Positions 1 to 9,080 of a DNA stretch of 64,000 bases are shown one piece after another; the first letter of the stretch is position 1; each line of letters starts with the position of its first letter. Under the pieces are notes generated by a model. It searched no databases. It saw only the letters and a list, made by a program, of their open reading frames with translations, and was not told where the DNA came from. The DNA is taken from the NCBI GenBank assembly GCA_040767365.1, contig JAXGOR010000004.1:134283-198282 (forward strand), given 5' to 3'. The position numbers and the translations under genes were made by a program. This DNA is from Clostridia bacterium (GTDB taxonomy: Bacteria > Bacillota > Clostridia > Saccharofermentanales > DTU023).

Positions 1-1811
1 TTCATCATTCCGATAATGTGAATATTGGAAGGAATAGAAAACTTCTCATTGACGTAAAGCAGTTGAAGAGGATAATCTCTCTTATCCTTTTCTATCAACA
101 TAAAAACTTCACCAAAAATTTTGCTGAGATTCCCTCGATTGATCTCATCAATGATGAAAAAGTAGGGGGTATTCTTGCTATCAATTTCAGCACGCTTACA
201 AAAATCATAGAAGGTGCCTTTTCGCAGTTCAAAGCCGTTCTCTACCGGACGAAAGCCCATAATAAAGTCTTCGTAGGAATAACTCTGATGGAACTGCACC
301 AACATAACACGATTAGGATTCTTTTCCCCCATAACGGAATAAGCCAGCCTCTCGGCCATATAAGTTTTTCCGACACCCGGGGCCCCTTGGAGAACGATAT
401 TTTTGTGAGTCAAAAGCAAGTTTTTGAGGCGATCGTATTCAAGGTCTTCAAAATACACCTCATTCAGGAAATCCTCTTTGTCGTATAGAGGGTAATCTTG
501 AGGCGGATCTGTATCAATGTCATCTTCGCCAGTTTCATCACTTAGAGTCAAGTTTTCCAATTCGTTGACCTGTTCAATATAACTGGTTATTTCAGTCAGC
601 GTTTTCATCGGCAATGTACCCGGATAAGGCCAATCCCCCTGATGTGTCCAATCCACTTTCCGGATATTCTTATAACGGTGCTCTCGAAAATCATCAAACT
701 CGTAAGCGGAATCTACAACGCCACGTCCAACGATTGAATACTGACCCTGTTTGGCGTATACAATATCACCCGGCTTCATCTCATGAGCAAACTGCCAGGC
801 CGCGTGGGCCGAATGGATGTATGAAGATTCGGCGCCATATGTCTCAACCATTGCCTGCCTGATGGTATCCTTGCTTTCATATTGATCCAGGTCGCCGATC
901 TCACTCCAACCGATTGCCATAATGCCTTCATCCCGGTAGTCTTCCCACATCTCCGCCTTGGTCCCCGGAGCGTAAATCCAGTAACGGGTCGTTGAAGGAG
1001 ATGTTGTGGAAAAAGTTACACCCTGGACAGCTTTATTAAGATCTTTTTCTCTTTGGGAATCCTGCCATACATAATATGACAACTGGGGGAAATCTTTAAA
1101 TGGGAGAGATTTTTCGATAATGATCTGTTTAAGATCACGACAGAAATCAAGATAAACACTCGCTTCAGGAATCGTTGTTTGATCTTGTATCTTTTCTCTT
1201 AGTGATTTTGGCAAAAAATCTGCCTTTGCCAGAAACAATCGATTTAGGGTATCCAGATTGATGAATGCAAAGGGGCGCATCCAAAAAAGGGCCATGGTTA
1301 GCTTCCATCTGTTGCCCTTGAGATCTTTCGCTTGGTTGTAAGCTTCAACAAAAGATTCTCTGGTAGATGCAGATGGGAAGTCAGCATAGTTCAAAGCTTG
1401 TTCGAAAACCTCCCAGAGATAGTCAATATCTTTTTCACCTCTATTTTCTTTAAACTGGAAAAAGGTAGCATTCAAATTCATAACAACAGGAATACCGGGA
1501 AATGAGAGGGGAACCGGTGCTGATACACCGAATGTCTCCTTGAATTCTGTCAACACCCGCTTACGGTTGGTATCGGTGATGCCTTTGTTAAAAAAAGCAA
1601 AAATTGAAAAGGGATCGAGGTCAACGACTGACCCATCACCCTCCACCTTAGGGAAGTTAATCGATATTCGCTTATAGGCGGTCTTTAAATGTTCGATAAG
1701 TTCAGTCCGGTTATGACGGTACAAGAGTAATTTATCCGCAAATTCCTGGTAAAACTCCGTCCAAGCTTGGTAATCAAGATCGTTCCTGTCCTTTTCCCTT
1801 CTATCCCTCAT
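1..1811 (-). CDS. mcrB: McrB-family AAA+ GTPase (5-methylcytosine restriction-type motor subunit), C-terminus beyond left window edge
   Basis: Absent from the ORF track because it runs off the edge. The reverse-strand reading from ATG at 1811 (MRDRREKDRNDLDYQAW...) stays open to nt 1. It contains Walker A LQGAPGVGKTYMAERLA (about nt 340-400), FHQSYSYEDFIMGFRP, FFIIDEINRGNLSKIFGEVFMLIEKDKR and NIHIIGMMN, all typical McrB motifs. The + ORFs 18..488 and 614..862 are antisense shadows. Confidence 0.85.
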   Translation of the reverse strand, partial: MRDRREKDRNDLDYQAWTEFYQEFADKLLLYRHNRTELIEHLKTAYKRISINFPKVEGDGSVVDLDPFSIFAFFNKGITDTNRKRVLTEFKETFGVSAPVPLSFPGIPVVMNLNATFFQFKENRGEKDIDYLWEVFEQALNYADFPSASTRESFVEAYNQAKDLKGNRWKLTMALFWMRPFAFINLDTLNRLFLAKADFLPKSLREKIQDQTTIPEASVYLDFCRDLKQIIIEKSLPFKDFPQLSYYVWQDSQREKDLNKAVQGVTFSTTSPSTTRYWIYAPGTKAEMWEDYRDEGIMAIGWSEIGDLDQYESKDTIRQAMVETYGAESSYIHSAHAAWQFAHEMKPGDIVYAKQGQYSIVGRGVVDSAYEFDDFREHRYKNIRKVDWTHQGDWPYPGTLPMKTLTEITSYIEQVNELENLTLSDETGEDDIDTDPPQDYPLYDKEDFLNEVYFEDLEYDRLKNLLLTHKNIVLQGAPGVGKTYMAERLAYSVMGEKNPNRVMLVQFHQSYSYEDFIMGFRPVENGFELRKGTFYDFCKRAEIDSKNTPYFFIIDEINRGNLSKIFGEVFMLIEKDKRDYPLQLLYVNEKFSIPSNIHIIGMM

Positions 1812-1948
1812 TGTTCAATTCATTATACTTGGAGATTTTTTAGGGCCTTTAATGTGACTCGGATACCTATCTCGGTAGCACAACCCCACCAAACTATGTA
1901 AAACCTGCAAGTGTTCCGCTAAATCCGACCACCTTTTCAGAGTCACGG

Positions 1949-1977
1949 GATAGAGTCCGTATAGTTGGTGTAAATTC
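1949..1977. repeat. IS256-family left terminal inverted repeat
   Basis: The reverse complement matches 3308-3336 (14 bp perfect core GTTGGTGTAAATTC plus a GGACT block). Confidence 0.7.
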
Positions 1978-2055
1978 GAGAACTGAGAGATGAGCCACAT
2001 CTCGCCCTTTCGGTACAATAAGTTTTGAGAAATAAACAGTACTGGAGGACAAAAC

Positions 2056-3286
2056 ATGGCTCACTTGAATATTACACTAGACGAGCAAACCTTGAAAGAG
2101 CTCATGCTGGGAGATCGGGACGAAGCGGTGGCGAAATTGTTGGAAGCAGTATTCAACGCAGTGTTATGTGCTGAGGCGACCGAACAATTGGGAGCTGAAT
2201 CCTATGAACGAAGCGACGATCGGACCACCTACCGAAATGGCTATCGCGAACGCCAGCTAACGACACGTGTTGGTACCTTGACCCTTGCGATTCCCAAGTT
2301 CCGAGAGGAACCTTCTCAACCGAGTTATTTGGCCGTTATGAACGAAACGAGCAGGCCTTGGTGCTGAGCCTCATAGAGATGGTCATCCAGGGTGTCTCGA
2401 CGCGTAAGGTGACAAAGATCACGGAAACCCTTTGCGGGACAAATTTTTCGAAGAGTACCGTGTCGGCCTTATGTGCCAGGTTGGATCCCATCGTAGCGGC
2501 CTTCCAGAACCGTCCCCTTACGACTACTTACCCCTTTGTCATGGTGGATGCTATCTACATGAAGGCCCGGGAAGATGGGGCTGTGCGATCCAAGGGGATG
2601 CTGATCGCCTTGGGTATTAACCTTGAAGGCCATCGGGAGATCTTGGGTTTCCAGGTAGGTGATGGGGAGAGCTATGAGTCCTGGTCTGAATTCTTCTCAA
2701 ACCTCAAGTCCCGTGGTTTGGCGGATGTCGACTTCCTGGTCTCTGACAACCATGGAGGCTTGGTCAAAGCCATCCGTGAACAGTTTTTTGCGGGACCATG
2801 TGGCAACGCTGCCAAACCCATTTCTCACGCAATATCTTGGACAAGATCCCCAAGAAAGACCGACCCATGATCCATACCCGCTTAGGGGACATGTAAGACA
2901 GCCCTGACTTGGAGGCGGCCTGTCAGCGCCGAGATGCGCTTTTAGAGCTTTTGGAGACGATCAGTCCTAGGGCCTATGAACTCCTGGATGAGGCCTTCAG
3001 CGACATCATGACCGTCCTTAGCCTGCCCCCCAGGTACCGCAGGCGATTACGTACAACCAATAACATTGAGCGCTTGAATGAAGAGATCCGACGCAGGGAA
3101 CGGGTGATCCGGATCTTCCCCAATCAAGCAAGTATCACCCGCCTGATTGGCGCTCTCTTACTGGATCACCACGAGCGTTGGATAAGTGGCAGAGCTTACT
3201 TTTCGATGGCTGATTACCTGTTCGAGAAAAATAGTTCTAGTTTGGCCTGCGCGCAGGCCAAACTAGAACATGAGCGGGTTGCTTAA
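2056..3286 (+). pseudogene. IS256-family (mutator-type) transposase, disrupted by two frameshifts and one in-frame stop
   Basis: Three track ORFs in three frames (2056..2367, 2358..2870, 2909..3286) read as one IS256 transposase: ...YRNGYRERQLTTRVGTLTLAIPKFR / GTFSTELFGRYERNEQALVLSLIEMVIQGVSTRKVTKITE... / WQRCQTHFSRNILDKIPKK...RRLRTTNNIERLNEEIRRRERVIRIFPN. The frameshifts lie near 2301-2312 and in the T6 run at 2784-2789. An in-frame TAA lies at 2894-2896. Confidence 0.88.
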
Positions 3287-3307
3287 AGAATGGAGATACC
3301 GGAAGGT

Positions 3308-3336
3308 GAATTTACACCAACATTCTGGACTTGACT
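3308..3336. repeat. IS256-family right terminal inverted repeat
   Basis: Pairs with 1949-1977 as described for the left repeat. Confidence 0.7.
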
Positions 3337-3758
3337 ACTACGTCATGTACAAGATGTACACATCTTATACACGAAACATCAAAGAAAAAGCAGATGCGAT
3401 CAGTCTCAGGGTTGAAAAGAAAGAATTCTTCGGTATGGAACCTAGACTCTATTTCTACCCACAATATTTCGGTCCCCTTCATAACCGGGACAATCCAAAA
3501 TATAAAAGGGAAACCGAGGCAGCCGTGGCAGATATTCAAGACGGCGCACTATGATGACGTAGTGCTTCCGGTCATCCTGGATGTACAGGAGTCAAAAGAA
3601 GCTGAGGTGACCCATAAAGCTAGACAAAAAAGGGCTGTCTTAAACACTTCACAGATTTTGAGATAGCCCCCACAGCTCCCGGCATGGAGAGCAGGCATCC
3701 AGTGCCATTAATCTCTATGGGTCTCCGATGCCAGGTATTGACACTCCTCTAAATGGTC

Positions 3759-6700
3759 TTATCCTTGGCCTTTCTTCCTTTTAAGGATAACAGCCGTCAG
3801 AAGGATCCCCAGGCCGGTAAGTAGCAGAGCAAGAATAATCAGCGCGATCCGCATCCAGACAAGACGCTTGGTACTGTCCTCTTCTCGTCCCGCTACTGTT
3901 GCAAAACCGGTTTCTGTCGTAGCGGGGCTCCGCTCCGTCCCGGGAGCGCTTGCGCCCGGTCTTTCATCGGGCGCAGATGTTGGATTATGACTGCTTGTTG
4001 TTGCCTTCGGGGCTGTTGGACCTGTGGACTCGATGACGATCCCCGCCGGTTTCGTCGCAGATGTTGTTGCGGTCCCGCTTGCTGAGGGCTCTGAGGGCTT
4101 GGGAGCCTCCTCGTTTTTGACCATGAAAGCGGCGTCAATCGATACATCTCCGCCTACCCTGAGTGAAGCGCCGGACTTTAAGGCTGTGCCATTGACCAGG
4201 AGGCTGTCCAACACAGATCCGGCACCGGGCACAGCAGCAATGGTGAGTAGGTCGTAAAAATAGACAGGATCACCGTCCGCAAGTTCCCTGCCGTCCCTCA
4301 AGATGCGGACAGAGCCGTCCCCCGCCAGATGAACCGTCAGCCTGTATTCCTCGATTTCTTTGAAGAATGCCTGGACGTCATATTTGTTCTGAAGATTATC
4401 GATCTTGTATGTCGTCTGAGTGACCAGGCCCTCTACAGGAATTTCCGTGATCCCCGCCCCCTTGGTGATCCTCCATTTCTCGAGCCTGCTCCCTGGATGT
4501 GCCTTGGCCTCAAGGACCAGCGAGGAGCCGGGAAGAAGCTGGGCCCCGCTCTGGATCGAAAGTCCATTAAAAGCTGCTGCGAGGTCCCCGGCCTGCACAG
4601 CAAAGAAGGTCACAGCGTATTTGACCGGAGCGTAGAAGCGGGCGCCCACGATCATGTCGTCCGTGAGGGCCAGGCTGACCGGGGCAGCCGAACTGCCGTA
4701 ACTGACCAGGTCATCGGTCCACATTCTGAAGGCATAATAGGCATCCGGATCCGGCTTCAAGGTGACCAAGGTCCCGACAGGCAGGGTCAGCGTCTGATCC
4801 TTGGTCCGGACACCATTGACCAGGATCCCCCCACCCTCCATCTCTGTCAGGGTCAGTTTACGGTTGACCGAAGGATCACCTTCCCGGACGAAACGCGCCT
4901 CGACCTTGTGGGCAGCGGCGTAGGGCATGAAGAGCCAGACATTTTCCCCGTTCGCCATATAGTCTGAGACCTCTGAGTCCGTCGTCACGATCCATTTTTC
5001 CAGGACATAGCCTTTAGAAGGCGCTGCGGTGAATTCGGCAGGTCCATAAACCGTGGCGCCCGAACTGAAGGGATAGTCGCCGGCAGTCGCGTGGACCCGT
5101 CCGATCTCGGCGGCATCCGGTCCTTCATAGCGTCCGGTGTACTCGATTTCGAATGCGTCGAAGACAGTCACCATTTTCGACGTCACGATGACCCGGGTGT
5201 CCCCCTGCACGATGAAGTTATATTCATGGGCCACATTGGTGATGTCCCGTCTCTTTCCCTTCACTTCCAACTCAACTCTGGTAATGGTCCGGTCCTTTTT
5301 CGGCGTAAGTTTCAGGTCAACGATGCTGTCGATCGGAATCTGGTCCCCGCTTTGGATGGGCAGGTTGCCTGTATGCCTGGCATCGACCGTCACGTCATTT
5401 TCATTGAGATCGAAAATGATCCTGTAGTTGGACCCGGCTGTTCGTACGCTTGCCGTATTTGAGGGAATGCTTTCAGGTGACTCATGACTGAAGGCCTTGA
5501 CCATGTAGGTATAGTCCGAGTTGTTTTCAAGGCCCGTCACCGTATAAGTCAAGCTGTCACTGGAAAGAGGAACCGCGTTGACCCGTTCGAAGGCTTCCTT
5601 GCCTTTTTTTTGGTAGATATTGTAACCGTCGGCCTTGAGCCGGTTCTTTTCATCCGGCTTCTCCCAGGTCAGAATGACGGAGCCTGCAGCATCATCCGGG
5701 TTCAGACGGGCGGCCAGATTCCGGGGTTTGGGCACAGGGGCCCTGAGTCCCGTCAGGGCATAGCCTAAAACAGGCGTCTTTTCATGGCTGGCCCCGCCGG
5801 GCTTGAATGACCACTTGCCGAAAGTCCAGTTGAATTTGTAGCTTTCCGATGTCGCAAGGGGAATATCCTCATCATTAAAGAGCCGATACTTGTTAATATC
5901 GAAGACCGTGCCGGATGTTTCGGTGCCCTTGGCGACGGTCGTGTATTCACCATAACCTTCAGAGCTGGCAAATTGCATGGCAACTCCGGCCCAGGCCTCG
6001 TTCCCTCCCACCGAGCTGCCTCCTTGCACGGACAAGGATAATCGGTAGCCGTTTGAATTTTCAAAGCCTGTCGTCTCCGAGCCCAGATAGGAATAGGCGC
6101 TGGTGGTCTGCCCGCCTGCGTGTCCCAGGGAATAGTTTGTCTTGCTGAGACTGACCGCATCAGTCCCTGTCCAGCTGCTGCGGTAACCCCAGGGGTTGCC
6201 CTCATTCCCCAAATAGTCGTCTTCCAGCCTATTGAGCAGCTGAATCTGCAGTTTATCCGGGTTGGCCCGGTTCAAGTCGGCCGCATAGGCGTTGTAGTAG
6301 TCAACAAAGGTGTTGTAGTCATCAAGCGACCACTGGACATAGCTGGGCTGCTGGGGGAAGGCCAGTCCGACCGCATTCTCCGTCCACTTCCCATCGACCA
6401 TCAGGTCATAGCAGTACATGACGATGGGGGTCCGGTAGAGGACAACCGTGTCAAAGGCTCCCGCCGTGAATGTACTGGAGTAGCTTTCCTCCAGACTCTC
6501 TTGAAAACTCCGGCTCCACTCACCCGTGTAACCTTCTTGAAAGGAGACCTTGAGACCGACGGCAAACTGAAAATCCAAAGCGTAACTCAAGCCGAAGGAT
6601 CGGGTCTCGGACTTGACCCTGGAGAAACCGTAAGTCTGGGAAAAACCGTAGCTGGTCCTCCCTTGGTAATCTCCCCAGGACCCCAGTTCACCAAACCAGG

Positions 6701-8600
6701 GGGCTGCCTGGAGAGCAGCCAGGACGGCCGGGTCACTGTAGGAGTAATCCATCCCCTTGTACCTGCCCATCAGGCCATCCTGATCCCGGTCGACGGCGAC
6801 GACGACGGCATTCAGTGTCTGCTTCAGCTTATCTCCTTTTTTGTCGATGAAATACTGACCCCTGTCGATGTCATTGGCGTAGAAGCTTTTCACCGGCCCG
6901 TAGGAATCCGCTGTATCTTCGTACTCATCCCCCCCGATCATGCCCAGTCTGAAATAGTAATCGCTGGAGGTCGTCGCCGCGCTTTGTCTCAGGCCGATCA
7001 CAAAAACGACCTGTTCCCGGCCCCCCTCATTGTCATCAAAATTGCCCGCGGCCACGGATTGGATGTAGGCGACGCCGATGACAGAGCTCCCGGCTCCACT
7101 GTCCTTTTTGGTGAAATAATCCGGGATAAGCTTTTCTGTGATTGTGCCGTCAACGGGAGAGACCTGGTAGAGGCCTCCCTGAATGAAGATGTAGTCTGCT
7201 GCTGCCTTGCCGTCGATGGCAACCGTCTCAAGAGCAGTCTGCTGCCAGACATCATCGCCGGAGGGGTAAAACCCGCTCTGATGCCATTTGCTTGTTTCTA
7301 TATTCTCCAAAGAGAAATCCGACAGAGTTGACGCGTGCGTGAAGAGGGCCACAGAAAACCTGTCGTTGTCAATCGTGTAGGCCCCGTCCGCATTCCCGGT
7401 ATTTTTCCCAGTCCGAATGGTATTTTTGACACCCCCGACCACCAGATCGTCGAAGCCGTCCCCGTTGACGTCCCCCGCGGCGATGCCGGGAGCGATCATG
7501 GAATGGTAGTTGGTCCTGCCATCCTCAACATTGACAGACTCCCTGATGTAGGCAGAGTCATAGGGCTTCTTGAGAATGGTTCCGCTTCCTTTGGCTCCGT
7601 TTATGGTCGCCAGAAAGGGGGCATAAAGTCGGCTGTCATATTTCTGTTTGTCGCTCTCCGGCCTATTCATATAGGAGAGAACAGCCAGATCGTCGATGCC
7701 GTCCCCGTTGAAATCGCCTGTCGCCAGGGCTGCGCACAGTTTATGTCTCGTCTTGTTGTCATTGGCTAGGGAGGCATCAAGTCGCCAGTAGACGCTGTGC
7801 AGGTAGTCCTGGATTCCCGTGTAGCTACTGTCCTTGTAGTCGAGGCCGAAGGAGGACGTCAGCCGGATCTCGCTCAGGCCGTAGCTGACGCCGTCTCCGG
7901 GGATATACACCACATAAGTCTCCTGCCCGTCCCCGTCATAATCGCCGGCCGTGATGGCGAAGAAGTTATTGGCCTTATACTGGCCCAGTCCATTCTCCCC
8001 TTGGGTCGTGGCGATCCATTCCGCTGTCCCCAGGACCTTGACCGCTGTCTTCCGGTTGTGCTCCCGTGCGTCCTGGACCCAGGTGACCACCTTTTTAGTC
8101 TGGTAATCATAGCCCACATAGGCCACATGGTCCCTGCGCCCTGAACCGGTCGCGTCAAAGGCGACCGCTTGCACGTAACCATAAGCCCGGGTGTCGGCAA
8201 AGGTCCCGTATCCGGCGAACGATCCCTTTTCACTCCAGAAATTGACGGCGACATCCAGCTTGCCGGATGCGACACTGTCGGTCACTTTACCCTTATCGAA
8301 GCCTTCGTAATAGGTTGTCCATGCCCTCCTGTTGTCCTTGTCCAGGTCATAGGTTTGGTAGAGCAGCAATTCATTCTGTTCAACAAGAAGGAAGGGCTGA
8401 TCGATGCCATAACCGTAGGGATTATTGGTGTTTTGGGGATCAAAGCCCGCAGGTTCATCATCCATTTGGATGAAATCATCAAACTGGCTGTTCTTTGAGG
8501 CCTCAACTTCTGTCGTCGGACTGAGAAACACAGGGAATATGCCGATCGCCATAAGCAGGACCAGGGTCAGACTGATGACTCTTGTTTTCTGTCTCTTCAT
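3759..8600 (-). CDS. giant secreted/cell-surface protein (1614 aa): signal peptide, FG-GAP/VCBS repeats, unknown beta-rich module, FN3, five tandem B-repeat-like modules, P/T/S-rich stalk, C-terminal TM anchor
   Basis: Track ORF 3759..9050 trimmed to the internal ATG at 8600, which has a GGAGGG RBS and an ATGA overlap with the upstream gene. The N-terminus MKRQKTRVISLTLVLLMAIGIFPVFLSPTTEVEA looks like a signal peptide. FG-GAP-like motifs include GDFNGDGIDDLAV, AAGDVNGDGFDDLVVGG and AGDYDGDGQETYVVY. An FN3-like segment reads PRNLAARL...VILTWEKPDE...YNIYQKK...YTYMVKAF. Repeated modules of about 85 aa carry YVLEKW / YAFRMW / SRLEKW. The C-terminus is LVWMRIALIILALLLTGLGILLTAVILKRKKGQG. Confidence 0.8.
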   Translation of the reverse strand: MKRQKTRVISLTLVLLMAIGIFPVFLSPTTEVEASKNSQFDDFIQMDDEPAGFDPQNTNNPYGYGIDQPFLLVEQNELLLYQTYDLDKDNRRAWTTYYEGFDKGKVTDSVASGKLDVAVNFWSEKGSFAGYGTFADTRAYGYVQAVAFDATGSGRRDHVAYVGYDYQTKKVVTWVQDAREHNRKTAVKVLGTAEWIATTQGENGLGQYKANNFFAITAGDYDGDGQETYVVYIPGDGVSYGLSEIRLTSSFGLDYKDSSYTGIQDYLHSVYWRLDASLANDNKTRHKLCAALATGDFNGDGIDDLAVLSYMNRPESDKQKYDSRLYAPFLATINGAKGSGTILKKPYDSAYIRESVNVEDGRTNYHSMIAPGIAAGDVNGDGFDDLVVGGVKNTIRTGKNTGNADGAYTIDNDRFSVALFTHASTLSDFSLENIETSKWHQSGFYPSGDDVWQQTALETVAIDGKAAADYIFIQGGLYQVSPVDGTITEKLIPDYFTKKDSGAGSSVIGVAYIQSVAAGNFDDNEGGREQVVFVIGLRQSAATTSSDYYFRLGMIGGDEYEDTADSYGPVKSFYANDIDRGQYFIDKKGDKLKQTLNAVVVAVDRDQDGLMGRYKGMDYSYSDPAVLAALQAAPWFGELGSWGDYQGRTSYGFSQTYGFSRVKSETRSFGLSYALDFQFAVGLKVSFQEGYTGEWSRSFQESLEESYSSTFTAGAFDTVVLYRTPIVMYCYDLMVDGKWTENAVGLAFPQQPSYVQWSLDDYNTFVDYYNAYAADLNRANPDKLQIQLLNRLEDDYLGNEGNPWGYRSSWTGTDAVSLSKTNYSLGHAGGQTTSAYSYLGSETTGFENSNGYRLSLSVQGGSSVGGNEAWAGVAMQFASSEGYGEYTTVAKGTETSGTVFDINKYRLFNDEDIPLATSESYKFNWTFGKWSFKPGGASHEKTPVLGYALTGLRAPVPKPRNLAARLNPDDAAGSVILTWEKPDEKNRLKADGYNIYQKKGKEAFERVNAVPLSSDSLTYTVTGLENNSDYTYMVKAFSHESPESIPSNTASVRTAGSNYRIIFDLNENDVTVDARHTGNLPIQSGDQIPIDSIVDLKLTPKKDRTITRVELEVKGKRRDITNVAHEYNFIVQGDTRVIVTSKMVTVFDAFEIEYTGRYEGPDAAEIGRVHATAGDYPFSSGATVYGPAEFTAAPSKGYVLEKWIVTTDSEVSDYMANGENVWLFMPYAAAHKVEARFVREGDPSVNRKLTLTEMEGGGILVNGVRTKDQTLTLPVGTLVTLKPDPDAYYAFRMWTDDLVSYGSSAAPVSLALTDDMIVGARFYAPVKYAVTFFAVQAGDLAAAFNGLSIQSGAQLLPGSSLVLEAKAHPGSRLEKWRITKGAGITEIPVEGLVTQTTYKIDNLQNKYDVQAFFKEIEEYRLTVHLAGDGSVRILRDGRELADGDPVYFYDLLTIAAVPGAGSVLDSLLVNGTALKSGASLRVGGDVSIDAAFMVKNEEAPKPSEPSASGTATTSATKPAGIVIESTGPTAPKATTSSHNPTSAPDERPGASAPGTERSPATTETGFATVAGREEDSTKRLVWMRIALIILALLLTGLGILLTAVILKRKKGQG

Positions 8601-8950
8601 TTCCGCCCTCCAAGGTCTTTTTCTTTTTCCTGAATATCGCGCTTTTCTGTCGTGTCCCTCTTGTGTCTGCATCGTAAACACAAGATGGTGATCACTACGG
8701 CTGCCGTGAAGGAGACCACCCCCACCAGGACATAAGCGCCCGCATCCTCGAACATGAGGGTCGCTCCTAGCATGTCCTGGACGGATGTGCCCCCGCGGTC
8801 CCCGGTCACTAGGACAAAGGTTTGAAGGAGAACCAATGAAAGGAGCAGGCAAAATCCCGAAAGTGCCCAAAGAGATCTCTTTTCTCTTCTTCGGCGCAAT
8901 TCCCCGGCCCGCTCTTTGACCCCTCTCATTCTTTCTGCCGTGTCTTTCAT
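8597..8950 (-). CDS. 117-aa two-TM membrane protein, paralog of the protein encoded at 10365..10718
   Basis: Track ORF MKDTAERMRGVKERAGELRRRREKRS...; it has two hydrophobic segments. The stop overlaps the giant gene's start (ATGA at 8597-8600). It has the same length and shared motifs as the sigma-adjacent 117-aa protein. Confidence 0.55.
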   Translation of the reverse strand: MKDTAERMRGVKERAGELRRRREKRSLWALSGFCLLLSLVLLQTFVLVTGDRGGTSVQDMLGATLMFEDAGAYVLVGVVSFTAAVVITILCLRCRHKRDTTEKRDIQEKEKDLGGRK

Positions 8951-9080
8951 CCCTCACCACCACCTGTCCCAGGTCCAGCCTGAAATCTTTGAAAAGGCCT
9001 TCTACTTGTATAGGTACAAATAAAGGGGAAACTACGCACCCTGAAGACAAAAACTAAAAAAAAACGAAACAGAAAGAATC

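Larger units (their letters stand above)
1949..3336 (+). mobile_element. IS256-family insertion sequence (about 1.39 kb) with degraded transposase
   Basis: Imperfect terminal inverted repeats flank the transposase reading frames. The left end is GATAGAGTCCGTATAGTTGGTGTAAATTC (1949-1977) and the right end is GAATTTACACCAACATTCTGGACTTGACT (3308-3336). The inner 14 bp are perfect and 21/29 match overall. From memory, the left end closely resembles the IS256 IRL (GATAAAGTCCGTATAATTGTGTAAAA). I found no flanking direct repeat. Confidence 0.8.

Noticed and set aside
3337-3758. Small overlapping ORFs (3270..3554 +, 3331..3666 +, 3312..3539 -) between the IS256 end and the giant gene, and the ATGTACA-AG-ATGTACA repeat at about 3348-3363.
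   Set aside because: The candidates mutually overlap, have no RBS or recognisable motifs, and one starts inside the IS terminal repeat. This is possibly a remnant of a gene disrupted by the IS, but I cannot support any call.
8601-9050. The 150-codon N-terminal extension of track ORF 3759..9050 (MSSGCVVSPLF...).
   Set aside because: It overlaps the better-supported 117-aa gene in another frame. The internal ATG at 8600 has a GGAGGG RBS, an ATGA overlap with the upstream stop, and is followed immediately by a signal peptide. The extension is R/G/P-rich read-through of GC-rich DNA.
8951-9080. An ECF-type promoter (GAAC/AAC ... CGT) in the 130-nt gap before the second 117-aa gene and the giant gene.
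   Set aside because: There is no convincing -35 AAC / -10 CGT pair at suitable spacing on the minus strand, only weak sigma-70-like hexamers and a short TTGTA-TAGG-TACAA inverted repeat. I left it unannotated and flagged it for experimental mapping.
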